Positions 19,574 through 31,047 of a stretch of 60,310 nucleotides of DNA are shown one piece after another. The stretch is taken from NCBI GenBank assembly GCA_021818475.1, contig JAKADZ010000004.1, forward strand, positions 1-60,310, in the 5' to 3' direction. The first letter of the stretch is position 1, and every line of letters begins with the position of its first letter. The notes under the pieces are model-generated. The model was not told the origin of the DNA and ran no database searches. It was given only the letters and a program-made list of their open reading frames with translations. A program made the translations under genes and the position numbers. The DNA is from Nanobdellota archaeon. Its GTDB lineage: Archaea > Nanobdellota > Nanobdellia > Pacearchaeales > GW2011-AR1.

Positions 19574-19746
19574 TTTTTTCCTCCTGTTATTTAATTACAA
19601 TACTGTGATAAAATAGCAGTAGTTTATAAATGTTTTTTTGTGCTGATAAATCCTTCTGAAAAACAGCAGTACTCTTCCTCTTCTAAAAGTTATTTAATTT
19701 TATAATAATCTTTTTATACTCCAATGGTTTACAAAAAGAACTTAAT

Positions 19747-21807
19747 ATGGTTCAAGCAGAAACTCTTGAAAACCATCTCACAGAGGTTAAGGAGGGGAGA
19801 CGGCATTTTGAAAACGTTTTTCAGTCATTATCCCGAATGATTCTTGGAGGTCCTGATTCTGTTCAGAAAATAACTGTTAACGGAAAACCCACTTTTGATT
19901 TTGAAATTTTTAGAAGAGGCCCAAAACATCTCATTGGTATGTTTGATGAAACTAATGAATTTGTTTCTTATGTAAAAGATGCTGCTGAAGGCGGCTCTTC
20001 AAAGGAAACTGCCTTTGTTCTAATTGGGGAACCAGGAAACGGAAAAACTTTTTTTGGAGATTATCTTTCTGATGCATACAGAAAATTTACCTCTATGCCA
20101 GAAAATCAAAGATTTACATTTAGGTTTACCGGATTGTCTGAATTGGGCCATTATGGAAATCTCCAAGAGATTGAGTCCCAAACTTTTGAGGATCCTATGA
20201 TTCTTGCATTGAACCTTTTTGAGTCCCAAAATGAGAGTTTGGAATTTCTTTCAAGATTTGGTTTTAATGATTCTCAAATTCAATTTTTTCTAAAAAATTA
20301 TCGTCCGTTAGGGGCGTGTAGTGATCGCATCTTAACTGAATTAAGAGAATTTTGTGGGGGAGATATTGAAAAAATAAAACAACATCTGCAAGTTGTAAAA
20401 GTTCCAATAAGCCAGAATAGTGGAATACTCACCGGAAAATATCCTGCAGGAGATAAAATAACTTCTTCTAAAATTGATTTGCTTGGAGATGGTTCATTAA
20501 CAAGATTATTACAATTAGAAGAAGGAGATCATCCTTACTATTACGATCTTCGTGAAGGTGCACTTGCAAGAGTTGCGGGAGGAGGGATTCATTTTGCCGA
20601 TGAACTTTTCAAGAACAAAGTTGATTTGATTAATGTTTATCTTGGAGTAATCCAAAACAGAACAATTGAACTGAAAGGATTTAGATGGCCCATTGATACC
20701 TTAATAATTGCAACAAGCAACAACAGTGAATATGAACGATTTAGAGAAGGCAAAGAGGAAGCTCCTATAATTGACAGATGTCAGAGATGCTTTATGTCTC
20801 ATAATACTGATTATCGTTTACAAAAAGAATTAACTTCTTATGCTCTCGGGGGAACAGAAAAGAAAACTACTTTTACCGGGCAACCCTTGCATGAAGATCC
20901 TAATCTTAATTATGCTCTTTCTGTGGCAATTACTCTTACAAGAATGCCGGAATCTGATAAACTTACCCCCGTGGAAATTTTAAAACTTGCTGCAGGAGAA
21001 ATTGCAGGAGAAAAAAGTTTGAAAACTCTGGCAGAAGTTGTTAGTGATTTAGCCCAAGATCCTGATATAACAAAAAGATTTGGTCAAAAGGGATTAGGGC
21101 ATAGATCCTTGGGGAGGGCAATTATGAATTTATTATCTGATGCAGAAACTCATCAGGGACAGTGCATGTATGCTGGAGATGCTTTCAAAGCTTTAGAAAA
21201 AGTTGTCCTTGACTATGTTCCTGAAACAAATGACCGCGCAAAATATCTTAAAGACCTTATTCTTGCAAAATCTCTTTACAGAGAACAAGTTATGAAAACG
21301 ATTTTTGATGCTTACATGGATGAACCCCGGGCAATTGAAAATGAAGTGATGAATTATGTCAATATGATTGTTGGAAAAGGAGCAAAAGATTTGAGTCCGG
21401 ATAAATTATGGACTTACAAAGATCCCCAATCACAAAAAATTAAAGCTATTAAAATTGATGAAAGATTTATTGAAAGTGTTGAAGACCGACTTGGTTTGAA
21501 AAGTAATGAACAAAGAGAAAATTTTAGAAATACCATCACTAAGATTTATGGTCAGAAAATAACTGCAGATTCTCACTACAATTTTATGGATAATAATGAG
21601 CTAGTTAAAGCAGTTACTGACGTTAGGTTAATGTCTGACATAAACAGCGCTGGAAGTTTGGTTGGTGCTCTTTCAAACAGGACTAATGATGAGAATGATA
21701 AGTTGTATCATAGAATGATAGGCACTATGGTTAACAAATTAGGTTATTGCAAAACCTGCGCAGAGAAAACAATAGAATACTTCTGTACTCATGATGATGA
21801 AGCTTAA
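19747..21807 (+). CDS. prkA: PrkA/YeaG family AAA+ serine protein kinase
   Basis: GEPGNGKT; IIATSNNSEY; IIDRC; C-terminal LGYC..CA; upstream of yeaH-spoVR. Confidence 0.9.
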   Translation: MVQAETLENHLTEVKEGRRHFENVFQSLSRMILGGPDSVQKITVNGKPTFDFEIFRRGPKHLIGMFDETNEFVSYVKDAAEGGSSKETAFVLIGEPGNGKTFFGDYLSDAYRKFTSMPENQRFTFRFTGLSELGHYGNLQEIESQTFEDPMILALNLFESQNESLEFLSRFGFNDSQIQFFLKNYRPLGACSDRILTELREFCGGDIEKIKQHLQVVKVPISQNSGILTGKYPAGDKITSSKIDLLGDGSLTRLLQLEEGDHPYYYDLREGALARVAGGGIHFADELFKNKVDLINVYLGVIQNRTIELKGFRWPIDTLIIATSNNSEYERFREGKEEAPIIDRCQRCFMSHNTDYRLQKELTSYALGGTEKKTTFTGQPLHEDPNLNYALSVAITLTRMPESDKLTPVEILKLAAGEIAGEKSLKTLAEVVSDLAQDPDITKRFGQKGLGHRSLGRAIMNLLSDAETHQGQCMYAGDAFKALEKVVLDYVPETNDRAKYLKDLILAKSLYREQVMKTIFDAYMDEPRAIENEVMNYVNMIVGKGAKDLSPDKLWTYKDPQSQKIKAIKIDERFIESVEDRLGLKSNEQRENFRNTITKIYGQKITADSHYNFMDNNELVKAVTDVRLMSDINSAGSLVGALSNRTNDENDKLYHRMIGTMVNKLGYCKTCAEKTIEYFCTHDDEA

Positions 21808-23104
21808 TTTAAACTGCAATACTAACCCATGGATGATAATAAAAAAAAATAATGAAGAGGTTCCAAGAAAAGAAATAATCCGTGATGTTTTTTCAGGTCT
21901 GCCTGATATTTATTCTATTAATGACTTTGAAATTTTTTATCAATACTTTCCCTCTTCTGCTGTTTCTTTAAGTTCTTTGGATGAATTGCTTGAAAGAGAC
22001 ATTCAGAGAGAAAATGACGGTTTTCCAAGAAAAATTAAAATTGGCCCTTTGGTTAAACCAACCCCCGGAAAAGGGACAAAAGTAATCGTTGTTCCTGCTA
22101 CAACCGAAGAAAAATTTTATCATGATCCAAGAATAATGAAAAAACAGACCGGTGAAGGAGGTTCTGGCAGTGAAGAAGAAGGAGAAGTTATCGGAGAAAT
22201 TCCTATCCGAGGAGAAAATGCTGGAACAGGAGCAGGTCAGGGAGGAGGAGAAGGTCACGATATGACTTCCAATGCCTATGAAATAGGAAAAATTTTAACA
22301 GAAAAATTTTTACTTCCTAATCTGAAGGAAAAGGGCAAGAAACGTTCTCTTACTAAATTTAAATATGATCTTACAGATAGAAATGAAAAAACGGGGCAGG
22401 TTCTTGACAAGAGAGAGACTCTGAAAAAAATTATTGAAACTAATATCATTCTTGGAAGAGTTTCAAAAAATAGTCCAATAAATTCCCGGGATCTTCTTAT
22501 TGATAGAAATGATATGATTTATCAGATCTTATCGAGAGAAAGAGATTTTGAATCTGAAGCGGTTGTTTTCTTTCTAAGAGATTATTCTGGTTCAATGAGT
22601 GGCATGCCTACAGAGATTGTGGTACAGCAACATCTCTTGATTTACAGTTGGCTTTTATATCAATATCAAAATCGAGTGGAGACCCGATTTATTTTGCATG
22701 ATGATGAGGCAAAAGAGGTTCCTGACTTTTATACCTACTATAATTCACAGATTGCAGGAGGAACTTTGGTTTCTTCAGCATATCACTTGGTAAATGAAAT
22801 TGTTCAAAAAGAAAATCTTGCAAGAAATTATAATATCTATATATTTCATGGAACTGACGGGGATGATTGGATGACTGATGATGAATATGAAAAAATTTCA
22901 AAAGAAACAGAAGGAATTTTATCTTATACAAATCGTTTTGGCATTACAATAATCTCCCACGGGGAAGAAACCTCATTAGAAACTTCAATAAAAAAAACTG
23001 GGCTTTTAGAAAAGAATCCAAGCTTGATTAGACTCGATAGCTTTTCTGAAGAAGAAGCAACCGATGATAGAATAATTGAAGGAATTAAAAAATTAATTTC
23101 ATAA
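21791..23104 (+). CDS. yeaH: YeaH/YhbH (DUF444) vWA-like protein; start uncertain
   Basis: Gly-rich linker GAGQGGGEGH, AVVFFLRDYSGSM, GGT.VSSAY, FHGTDGDDW. Confidence 0.9.
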   Translation: MMMKLNLNCNTNPWMIIKKNNEEVPRKEIIRDVFSGLPDIYSINDFEIFYQYFPSSAVSLSSLDELLERDIQRENDGFPRKIKIGPLVKPTPGKGTKVIVVPATTEEKFYHDPRIMKKQTGEGGSGSEEEGEVIGEIPIRGENAGTGAGQGGGEGHDMTSNAYEIGKILTEKFLLPNLKEKGKKRSLTKFKYDLTDRNEKTGQVLDKRETLKKIIETNIILGRVSKNSPINSRDLLIDRNDMIYQILSRERDFESEAVVFFLRDYSGSMSGMPTEIVVQQHLLIYSWLLYQYQNRVETRFILHDDEAKEVPDFYTYYNSQIAGGTLVSSAYHLVNEIVQKENLARNYNIYIFHGTDGDDWMTDDEYEKISKETEGILSYTNRFGITIISHGEETSLETSIKKTGLLEKNPSLIRLDSFSEEEATDDRIIEGIKKLIS

Positions 23105-24732
23105 TGGAACTAATCGATCAACACACAAAAAAAATAATGGAGAATTGCAAAGCGAGAGCAAGAGAAGCTGGCTTAAAATTTGAAGATGAAACTTTAGAAT
23201 ATATTGTTACAAACAGAGAGATGACAAGATTATCTCCAAAAACTTTCGTTCCTACATTGTATGATTATTGGGTTAATGATGTTGAAGTTTTGCATGGAGA
23301 AGGGGAGTATAAACTTTATCCAAATAATCCTTATGAATCAGTTATAAATTCCCGTCCTGCAATTTCATTTTACAATGATAATAACCCTGACTGGATGAAT
23401 GCTGCAATTTTTTATCATGTTTTAGCACATATAGACTTTTTTCAAAATAATAGATTATTTAAAAAAACATGGAATGATGATTTTGTAGGACAAGCTCTTG
23501 CAGATAAAAGATTGATTGCCAAATTAAGAGGAGAAAAAGGGAGATGGGTTGATTATACCATTGAATTCAGCAGAGGAATAGATAACATTCTTGGATTTTA
23601 TCGGGAGCTTGCTGAAGAAGAATTTCCGGAAGAGAAAGCTCTTTCTGAGAAACTTGATTTTTATTTTAATTCTTTTTTGCAGGGAGAATTAAAATTACTT
23701 CCTCATGAATTTTTAAAAGAACTTGAAAGATTTAATTCAATTCCTGACGAATCTTTAAGAGAATCTCTTTTCTTTTCCGAAGTTCAAACCAAACATCCGG
23801 AATTTGCAGAACGGTTCAAAAAAAATTTGGATAAGAAAAAAGAAAAATCAAAAGATCTACTTGAATTTTTAATCCTTAACTCTCCAAAATTAAAAAAGGA
23901 AGAAAATAAATGGATGATTCCCATTATGCATGTTGTAAGGAATACCGGCCTTTATTTTGCCCCTCAGATTAGAACTAAAATTTTGAATGAGGGTTGGGCT
24001 AGTTATTGGCATGATAAACTATTCAGGCAGGATGGACTTTTGAATACTCATGAAACAGATTACGCTATTTTTAATTCAAAGGCAACTACTATGCCCCGCA
24101 TGGGTCTGAATCCTTATGCCATTGGAAAAGCTTTATTTGAATATGTGGAAGATCTCGCTGAAAAAGGAAAAATGTCGTTAGACTTTCAAAGAGTTCAAAT
24201 AATTGATGCAAGGAAATATTATGATCAGAAAACCGGAAAAGGGCAGGAAGCAATTTTTAAATTAAGGGAATCTTTTTCTGATTTTACAGTAATAAACACT
24301 TTTGTGGATCAAGATTTTGTTGATACTAATCATTTGCTTATTCTTGGACAGAGATTTAATCCACAAAAAGGAGTGGTTGAGGTTTATGTAAAAAGCAAAA
24401 AAGCTAAAGATTATAAGAGTATGCTTTTGGAAAGTCTTTATCATCCTCCGGATATTAAAATTGATTCTGAGAAGACTGATGATTCTTTGATTTATCTTTC
24501 TCATCAATTTGAAGGTAAACCTTTGGTTAAAGATTATATTGCAAATACTATGCTGGGTATAGAATATCTTTGGGGGGGAAAAGTTCAGCTTGAAACCACC
24601 GAGTTAATTGAAAAAGAAGAATCCTTCCCTCCACATTTTTTTGCAGGGATTCCCGCAGATGAAGATGAGCCGGAATGGCAAAGAGTTAGATATACAATGG
24701 AAAATAGAAAAATTTCAAGGGAGGTTTTATGA
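23104..24732 (+). CDS. spoVR: SpoVR/YcgB family protein
   Basis: YESVINSRP, HVLAHIDFF, PQIRTKILNEGWASYWH, NPY. Confidence 0.93.
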   Translation: MELIDQHTKKIMENCKARAREAGLKFEDETLEYIVTNREMTRLSPKTFVPTLYDYWVNDVEVLHGEGEYKLYPNNPYESVINSRPAISFYNDNNPDWMNAAIFYHVLAHIDFFQNNRLFKKTWNDDFVGQALADKRLIAKLRGEKGRWVDYTIEFSRGIDNILGFYRELAEEEFPEEKALSEKLDFYFNSFLQGELKLLPHEFLKELERFNSIPDESLRESLFFSEVQTKHPEFAERFKKNLDKKKEKSKDLLEFLILNSPKLKKEENKWMIPIMHVVRNTGLYFAPQIRTKILNEGWASYWHDKLFRQDGLLNTHETDYAIFNSKATTMPRMGLNPYAIGKALFEYVEDLAEKGKMSLDFQRVQIIDARKYYDQKTGKGQEAIFKLRESFSDFTVINTFVDQDFVDTNHLLILGQRFNPQKGVVEVYVKSKKAKDYKSMLLESLYHPPDIKIDSEKTDDSLIYLSHQFEGKPLVKDYIANTMLGIEYLWGGKVQLETTELIEKEESFPPHFFAGIPADEDEPEWQRVRYTMENRKISREVL

Positions 24733-26969
24733 AAGAAATTTCTGCTTTAGAAAATTTAGGAGCCAATCTAAAATGGGAAAGGAGATATCTTCCTATTCCA
24801 TTTGAAGAATTCTTGGACATTGTTTCTAAAAATCCCAAAACTACCTTTCGTGATATCTTTCAACTTTTTTATGATATGATGCACTTTTATGTCCCGGAAG
24901 GAACTGAAGAATATCCTAATGATCCTGAAAATATTGGTTACCGCAAATATGATTTTTCAAAATTACTGGAAGAATCTGATAATCCTTTTTTTGCAGATCG
25001 GCTTTTGGCAAACCGATTAATGAATTTAGTTTCGGGATTTAGGGAAGGTTCTCCTAGTCATAAAATAATACTTTTTGAGGGACCCCCTGGAAGCGGAAAG
25101 AGTATTTTTTTAACCAACTTATTAAATCGTCTTGTAGATTACACCCATCTCCCCGAAGGAGAACTTTATGAAACCGTCTGGAGATTAGATGGAGAATCAG
25201 GATTTGGGGGAGGAAAACTTGGATTTGACACCGGTTGTACAGAAAAAGAAACAAACTCTCCTGATAACTCTGATGAATATTTTGATATCCCCTGCCCAAG
25301 CCATGATCATCCAATTCTGCAAATCCCTAAATCTCACAGACGAAAATTCCTTGAAGATTTAATTACTGACAAGCCTGCCAGAGAGAAATTATTTCATGAA
25401 AAAGAATTTGAATGGGTTTTTGAAAGAGAACCCTGTAGCATATGTTCTTCTATTTATCAAAGATTGTTTGCTAAATTAAAAAGCAGTTCAAAAGTGTTAA
25501 GGATGATTTATCCAAGAAGGTACTCTTTCAATAAAAATTTGGGGGAAGGGATCAGCATTTTTAATTCTGCAGATCCCATTGGCCGCGGGGAAAATACCAA
25601 TGAATTCCTGCAAAAAAGATTAGACACTTTTTTTAAAGACAGCAATGCAGTTCAATTTATTTTTTCAGATCTCGCAAGAACAAATAATGGAGTTTTTGCC
25701 TTAATGGATATCAAAGATGAAAACCGCAAAAGATTATTAGATCTTCATGGTATAGTCAGCGACGGAGTTCATAAAGTACAAAATGTAGAAGAATCAATCC
25801 GTTCTTTATTTATTGGTTCAATGAATCCGGAGGATGCAAAATTATACGAGGGAATTCCTTCTTTTAAAGACAGGGTTGTAAAAGTAAAGGTTCCTTATGT
25901 ACTGGACTATTCTACTGAAGTTAAAATTTATGAAAAACAATTTGCTTCAAATTTAAGGTCTTATTTCCTTCCTGGAGTTTTAGAAAATTTTGCCCGAATA
26001 ATTATTTCGACTAGGTTTAATAAAGACTCTGAGGCAATAGATAAATGGATAAGTCATAAAAAAGTTTATAAAAAATTTCTTGACGAAGGAGGTTTATTAT
26101 TAAAGATGGAAATTTACGGAGGAAATATTCCTCTTTGGCTTACTGAAGAAGATAGGAGAAATTTTGATAATAAAACCAGAAAGGAAATTATTGCAGAATC
26201 AGAATTAGACAAAGAAGGAGTTCCTGCTGAGGGGATGAAGGGTCTTTCCGGAAGAGAATCAATCAGGGTATTGAATTATTTTTTATCTTTACACCATAAA
26301 AAAGACCGATTGATAACTATGGAAGATGTTTACTCTTTCTTTAATGAAAAATCCGGTGAATTTGATATTCCCCTTTTCGAAGATTTTTTGGATTCAGTTA
26401 AATCTTTTTATGATTTTACAATTGCTCAAGAAATAAAAGATTCAATATACAATTATAATTCTGTTCAAATTACTAAAGATATTCAGAATTATCTTTATGC
26501 CATTAATTTTAATCCAGGGAATGAAGTTAAAGTTCATTGCCCCTTTACTCAAGAGGTGGTGGAAGTGACTGATGATTATCTTGGAAATATTGAAATAGTC
26601 TTAATTGGAAGTTGTTCTTCTGAAAATCGACTTGGGTTTCGTGAGTCCATGAGGAGAGATTATGTTTCTAAAACTTTGACTAAAGAAATGGGGATTCAGG
26701 GAAAATCAATTACTGAAACTGAACAATATTCTTTTTTATTCAAAAAATACACCCAAAATGGCAAAGAAAATGCTCTACTTCCTATGAAAGAAAATGAAAA
26801 TTTCAAAAAAGCAATTTTGGATTTTAAAGAAGAAGCTTTTAATAAGTATGACAGAAAATTAAGGACAGAAGTAACTTCTTTATTGGCTAATCTTCAGACT
26901 AAATTTGGCTATACTGAAGAAGGAGCAAGACAAATTTGTCTTTATGCCATTGAGAATAATCTTACTTAG
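24729..26969 (+). CDS. prkA: second PrkA-family AAA+ protein
   Basis: FEGPPGSGKS, CPSHDHP, DRVVKVKVPYVLDY, G.SGRES, FGYTEEGA. Confidence 0.85.
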   Translation: MKEISALENLGANLKWERRYLPIPFEEFLDIVSKNPKTTFRDIFQLFYDMMHFYVPEGTEEYPNDPENIGYRKYDFSKLLEESDNPFFADRLLANRLMNLVSGFREGSPSHKIILFEGPPGSGKSIFLTNLLNRLVDYTHLPEGELYETVWRLDGESGFGGGKLGFDTGCTEKETNSPDNSDEYFDIPCPSHDHPILQIPKSHRRKFLEDLITDKPAREKLFHEKEFEWVFEREPCSICSSIYQRLFAKLKSSSKVLRMIYPRRYSFNKNLGEGISIFNSADPIGRGENTNEFLQKRLDTFFKDSNAVQFIFSDLARTNNGVFALMDIKDENRKRLLDLHGIVSDGVHKVQNVEESIRSLFIGSMNPEDAKLYEGIPSFKDRVVKVKVPYVLDYSTEVKIYEKQFASNLRSYFLPGVLENFARIIISTRFNKDSEAIDKWISHKKVYKKFLDEGGLLLKMEIYGGNIPLWLTEEDRRNFDNKTRKEIIAESELDKEGVPAEGMKGLSGRESIRVLNYFLSLHHKKDRLITMEDVYSFFNEKSGEFDIPLFEDFLDSVKSFYDFTIAQEIKDSIYNYNSVQITKDIQNYLYAINFNPGNEVKVHCPFTQEVVEVTDDYLGNIEIVLIGSCSSENRLGFRESMRRDYVSKTLTKEMGIQGKSITETEQYSFLFKKYTQNGKENALLPMKENENFKKAILDFKEEAFNKYDRKLRTEVTSLLANLQTKFGYTEEGARQICLYAIENNLT

Positions 26970-28165
26970 CCAAAGGTTTGTGAAAAATAATAAATTAACG
27001 TCGGAATAAGCAAACACCCCATCATTTGAGTTTTTTTTACGGGGAATGAATTAGCATAAATTCCCACCAAAGTTGAAGAGATTAAAATAAGGATTCCGAT
27101 AAATCCGGAGAATAAAAAAACAATTGTAACCAGGAAGACTAAAGTGATTATTGATAATTTTGAGTAATTTATCCTGTGAATTTTCTGAGAAAATATTTTA
27201 GCTAATGTTTTTACCAGAAAAAAAGAAAGAATTCCGCTAAGCAATATTGCAAATAAAATTATTGTTAAATTTTTCCAGGATAAGCTTCCAATTATATCCT
27301 GTATCGCAGCCGCTGCTCCGGTTCTTACTTTTGAAATCGCATATAATGATACAAAAGAAAACCCCATCACTAAAATATTTGTTGCTCCAATCAAAACTAA
27401 AAATCCTTTTTTATCTGTTTTGAATATTGCACTTCCAAGAATTGCCGCCTGCCCGCTTCCAAGCCCCGGAAGAAATCCACAGAGAGGAGAAGAAATTACT
27501 GAACCTAAAACCGGTTTTAACTTTTTTTCTTTTGGTTCGGTTATTTCCTGAGGGGGAATTTGAATTTTATTTTTTATGCTTCCAATTAACATCGAACTTC
27601 CGAATAATCCTGTCAACATAGGAAGCAAGGGTTCATTAATTCCTAAATTTAAAACGCATAACCCCAAAATTCCAGAAATAATAAAAATAAATAATGCAGA
27701 AATTTTATTTTTTTCTGTCAAAATCAAGATTAAACAGGTTGAAATTAATATCCAGAACATTACTGCATGAATCGGATTGTAAATTTTTGATATAATGAAA
27801 GATAAGGGAAAAGAAATAACTATTAAGATAAAAATTGCAAGAATTCCCCCGATTGAAGTTAATCTTACTGCTTCATAGCCTCTTCCTTCTTTTAACATTT
27901 CATGTCCGGGTAAAACTGAAAGCTGAGTATCTGTGTCCGGGCAGCCTAAAAAAATAGACGGGATAAAATCAATGAAAGTGTGAGCTATCGCCATTGAAGC
28001 AATGAAGATAATCAAATAAATTGGGGGAATTCCAGAAAAAATTGTTACAGTCAATCCAACTAAAATTGCACCAACTAAATTAATATGGATTCCTGGAAGA
28101 ATGCCGGTAATTGTTCCTGCCAGAATTCCAATGAAAACCGCAAGCAGGATTTCAATAAGCATCAC
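26966..28165 (-). CDS. tripartite tricarboxylate transporter TctA / DUF112 membrane protein
   Basis: GILPGIHINL, FIPSIFLG.P, SVLPGH..LKEGRG. Confidence 0.85.
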   Translation of the reverse strand: MMLIEILLAVFIGILAGTITGILPGIHINLVGAILVGLTVTIFSGIPPIYLIIFIASMAIAHTFIDFIPSIFLGCPDTDTQLSVLPGHEMLKEGRGYEAVRLTSIGGILAIFILIVISFPLSFIISKIYNPIHAVMFWILISTCLILILTEKNKISALFIFIISGILGLCVLNLGINEPLLPMLTGLFGSSMLIGSIKNKIQIPPQEITEPKEKKLKPVLGSVISSPLCGFLPGLGSGQAAILGSAIFKTDKKGFLVLIGATNILVMGFSFVSLYAISKVRTGAAAAIQDIIGSLSWKNLTIILFAILLSGILSFFLVKTLAKIFSQKIHRINYSKLSIITLVFLVTIVFLFSGFIGILILISSTLVGIYANSFPVKKTQMMGCLLIPTLIYYFSQTFG

Positions 28166-28289
28166 TGGAAAAAATAAAAAAAGTTTTTTAATTTATGTAT
28201 AAATTTTAACTTGATTAATATAAAATTTCCCTTTAAAATTCTCTTTTTGATAAACTATATAAATTAGAGAATATAACTTATTTTATAAT

Positions 28290-28634
28290 ATGAAATCGGC
28301 ATATAAAGTTCTGTTTCATGTGGACTACCTCTCAAGAATTGATCTCGTATTGGAAAATGTTAATAATCTTCTTGCTGATCTCGGGGAGTCAAATGTAAAA
28401 ATAGAATTAGTCGCTAACTTTGAAGCAATAACTTTGTTAACAAATAATTCTAAATATAAATCTCAACTTAAAGAGCTTGCTGCACACGGGGTTATTTTTG
28501 CTGCCTGCGCCAATGCTATGCGTAATCATAACCTAACAAAAAAAGAAATGCTGGATTTAGCAATAATTGTCCCTTCTGCAGTCGGTGAATTAACCAAAAA
28601 ACAATCTAAAGGTTGGGGTTATATACGTCCGTGA
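28290..28634 (+). CDS. DsrE/DsrF-like protein
   Basis: KVLFHVD, IELVAN, FAACANAM, VPSAVGEL..KQ..GWGYIRP. Confidence 0.88.
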   Translation: MKSAYKVLFHVDYLSRIDLVLENVNNLLADLGESNVKIELVANFEAITLLTNNSKYKSQLKELAAHGVIFAACANAMRNHNLTKKEMLDLAIIVPSAVGELTKKQSKGWGYIRP

Positions 28635-28709
28635 GGTAATCTTGGGAAGACTAAATTCTGTTTTCAATTATACCTAAAAATTTAATAATCAAAAGTTTGT
28701 CTTATTTTA

Positions 28710-29843
28710 ATGAATAATGAAGAGAGATTTCAGCTGATAAAAAGAAATACTGAAGAGATAATTGGAGAAGAAGAACTGAAAAAAATGATTGAAGAAGGAG
28801 AGCCCTTGAAACATTATATTGGATTCGAAATCTCAGGAAAAATCCATTTAGGAACAGGATTAATGAGCATGTTAAAAGTTAAGGATTTTATCGATGCAGG
28901 GGTTAATTGCACTATTTTTTTGGCAGATTGGCATACCTGGATTAATGATAAACTTGGAGGAAATCCTAATAATATAAAAAAAATTGCTTTGGGGTATTTT
29001 AAAGAAGGAATGATTGCTAGTTTAAAATGTGTTGGAGGAAATCCTAAAAAATTAAATTTTGTTCTTGGAACGGATCTTTATCATAATAATGATACTTACT
29101 GGGAGACTGTCATAGATATAAGCAAACACACGACTCTTTCAAGAATTCAACGAAGTATAACTATCCTTGGAAGAAAAGAAGAGGGAAATGTTGATTTTGC
29201 AAAATTAATTTACCCTCCCATGCAAGTTGCAGATATTTTTATTCAAGGAGTTAACCTTGCTCATGCGGGGTTAGATCAGAGAAAAGCTCAAGTTATTGCT
29301 ATTGATGTTGCTCCTAAACTTTCTTTTTTTCCCCTTCTAAATAAAAAGGGAGAACAGATAAAACCTGTTGCAGTTCATCATAAATTAATTTTGGGTTTAG
29401 GAAAACCTCCTGAATGGCCAGTAAAGAAAGAAAATCTTCAAGAATTATGGAGTTCTTTGAAAATGTCAAAATCAAAACCTGATACCTGCATTTTTGTTCA
29501 TGATTCTCCTGATGAGATAAAAAGAAAAATATCCAAAGCATTTTGTCAAGAAAAAGAAGTTGAGTTTAATCCCATTTTAGATTGGGTGAAGAGTCTTATC
29601 TTCCCAATTAAAGAAAAACTTTTGATAAAAAGGGAAGAAAAATTTGGGGGAGATGTTTTGTACAAGGATTATAAACGATTAGAAGAAGATTTTGCTTCCG
29701 GGAAATTACATCCTACCGATTTAAAGAATTCGGTTGCAGATTCGTTAATTGAAATACTTGAACCCGCAAGAAATCATTTTTCAAAAGGAGCTCCAAAAAA
29801 AGCACTCGATGAATTAAATAACCTTTTAAATGAATTTAGTTAA
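28710..29843 (+). CDS. tyrS: tyrosine--tRNA ligase (archaeal type)
   Basis: YIGFEISGKIHLG, YPPMQVADI, GLDQRK, KMSKS. Confidence 0.95.
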   Translation: MNNEERFQLIKRNTEEIIGEEELKKMIEEGEPLKHYIGFEISGKIHLGTGLMSMLKVKDFIDAGVNCTIFLADWHTWINDKLGGNPNNIKKIALGYFKEGMIASLKCVGGNPKKLNFVLGTDLYHNNDTYWETVIDISKHTTLSRIQRSITILGRKEEGNVDFAKLIYPPMQVADIFIQGVNLAHAGLDQRKAQVIAIDVAPKLSFFPLLNKKGEQIKPVAVHHKLILGLGKPPEWPVKKENLQELWSSLKMSKSKPDTCIFVHDSPDEIKRKISKAFCQEKEVEFNPILDWVKSLIFPIKEKLLIKREEKFGGDVLYKDYKRLEEDFASGKLHPTDLKNSVADSLIEILEPARNHFSKGAPKKALDELNNLLNEFS

Positions 29844-29989
29844 ATCTTTTATTAATTTTTAAAATTGTTTATCTATATGTATTCTTAAAATAATTATCCT
29901 GGTTTGAACTCTTTTTCTTCTGTTGATTTGTCTCAGATCCTCCCGTCCTGGTGTTCACTCGTAAACTCGCTCACTAAATTAATTTCAAA

Positions 29990-30904
29990 TCAACGAGTTT
30001 TAAATTCCACTACATCCAAATCTTTTAACTTGTGATTTAACCCAACGACCTGCCCGGAATATTTTGAGCTTGGTCCCCAGATCCGTGTTTCCTTCACTTT
30101 TTCTGAAAGCCCCTTTAATATTTTTTCTGCCACATTTTTCACCGTGCTCTCCGGAGAGAGAATTATCGGTTTTTTTGCTTTTTCGCGTTCTCCCGGCTGT
30201 TTAGTGTAGACTCTTATTTTTCCAAAACTTTTGAATAATTTTTCTTTTAATTCGGATATTCCTTCTTTTGTCTTAGAAGAAATTAGAACGAAATTATATT
30301 TTTTACTCTGCAGAGTTGCAAAAATTTTCCTCTTTTCATTTTCTGAAAGCAAATCTACCTTATTGAATACTATTATTTTTTTTCCAGGAGCGCGTTCTAT
30401 AATCTTCTCAATTTCAGGAATCTGGCTTAATTCTGTTATCAAAATTAAGATTGTGTCTGCACTGTTTACAATTCCTCGGTCATAATATTCTGATTCAACT
30501 GCAGGGACTTCTATCACCTGAATTCCTACTCCGTCATAGTCCATCACTCCCACTATTGGAAATTTTGTAGTAAACTCATAATCTGCAATTTCCGGCTTTG
30601 CATTAGTAAGGAATGAAATTAAAGAGGATTTTCCAGATTTTGTTTTTCCCACGATAACCGCCTGCATGTCTTCTTTTTTTATCCCTGTTTTTGAACTTCC
30701 TTTTTTTGATTTTTTTTCTTTTGCTATTTTTTCTTTTAATCTTTTATAACGCAGCTTTATCTGTGCGCGCAAATTTTCTGCTCCTTTATGCCCCGGCAAA
30801 ACAGAAATCATCTTTTCCAAGGCAAGCAATCTGTCTTCATCATTCTGGGCAGAATAATATTCTTTCTCTGCTGCTATATACTCCGGATGCGCATTAACTG
30901 TCAT
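29990..30904 (-). CDS. DRG/OBG-family GTPase with TGS domain
   Basis: [39 protein letters not shown]. Confidence 0.88.
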   Translation of the reverse strand: MTVNAHPEYIAAEKEYYSAQNDEDRLLALEKMISVLPGHKGAENLRAQIKLRYKRLKEKIAKEKKSKKGSSKTGIKKEDMQAVIVGKTKSGKSSLISFLTNAKPEIADYEFTTKFPIVGVMDYDGVGIQVIEVPAVESEYYDRGIVNSADTILILITELSQIPEIEKIIERAPGKKIIVFNKVDLLSENEKRKIFATLQSKKYNFVLISSKTKEGISELKEKLFKSFGKIRVYTKQPGEREKAKKPIILSPESTVKNVAEKILKGLSEKVKETRIWGPSSKYSGQVVGLNHKLKDLDVVEFKTR

Positions 30905-30921
30905 GCTAAGGTTCTCCTCTC

Positions 30922-30979
30922 AAAATTTTGCTCAATAATTCCCGCCCAAGATGGAAATTTTTGTATTTCGCAAAATTTT
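30922..30979. repeat. element A, shortened copy
   Basis: AAAATTTTGC-TCAATAATTCCCGCCCAA...GCAAAATTTT; compensatory terminal IR. Confidence 0.65.
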
Positions 30980-31047
30980 TTATTGAAATTATATTCTGAA
31001 TTAATAAACATAGTAAAATCTTTAAGATAGATTAACTTAAAAAATTT

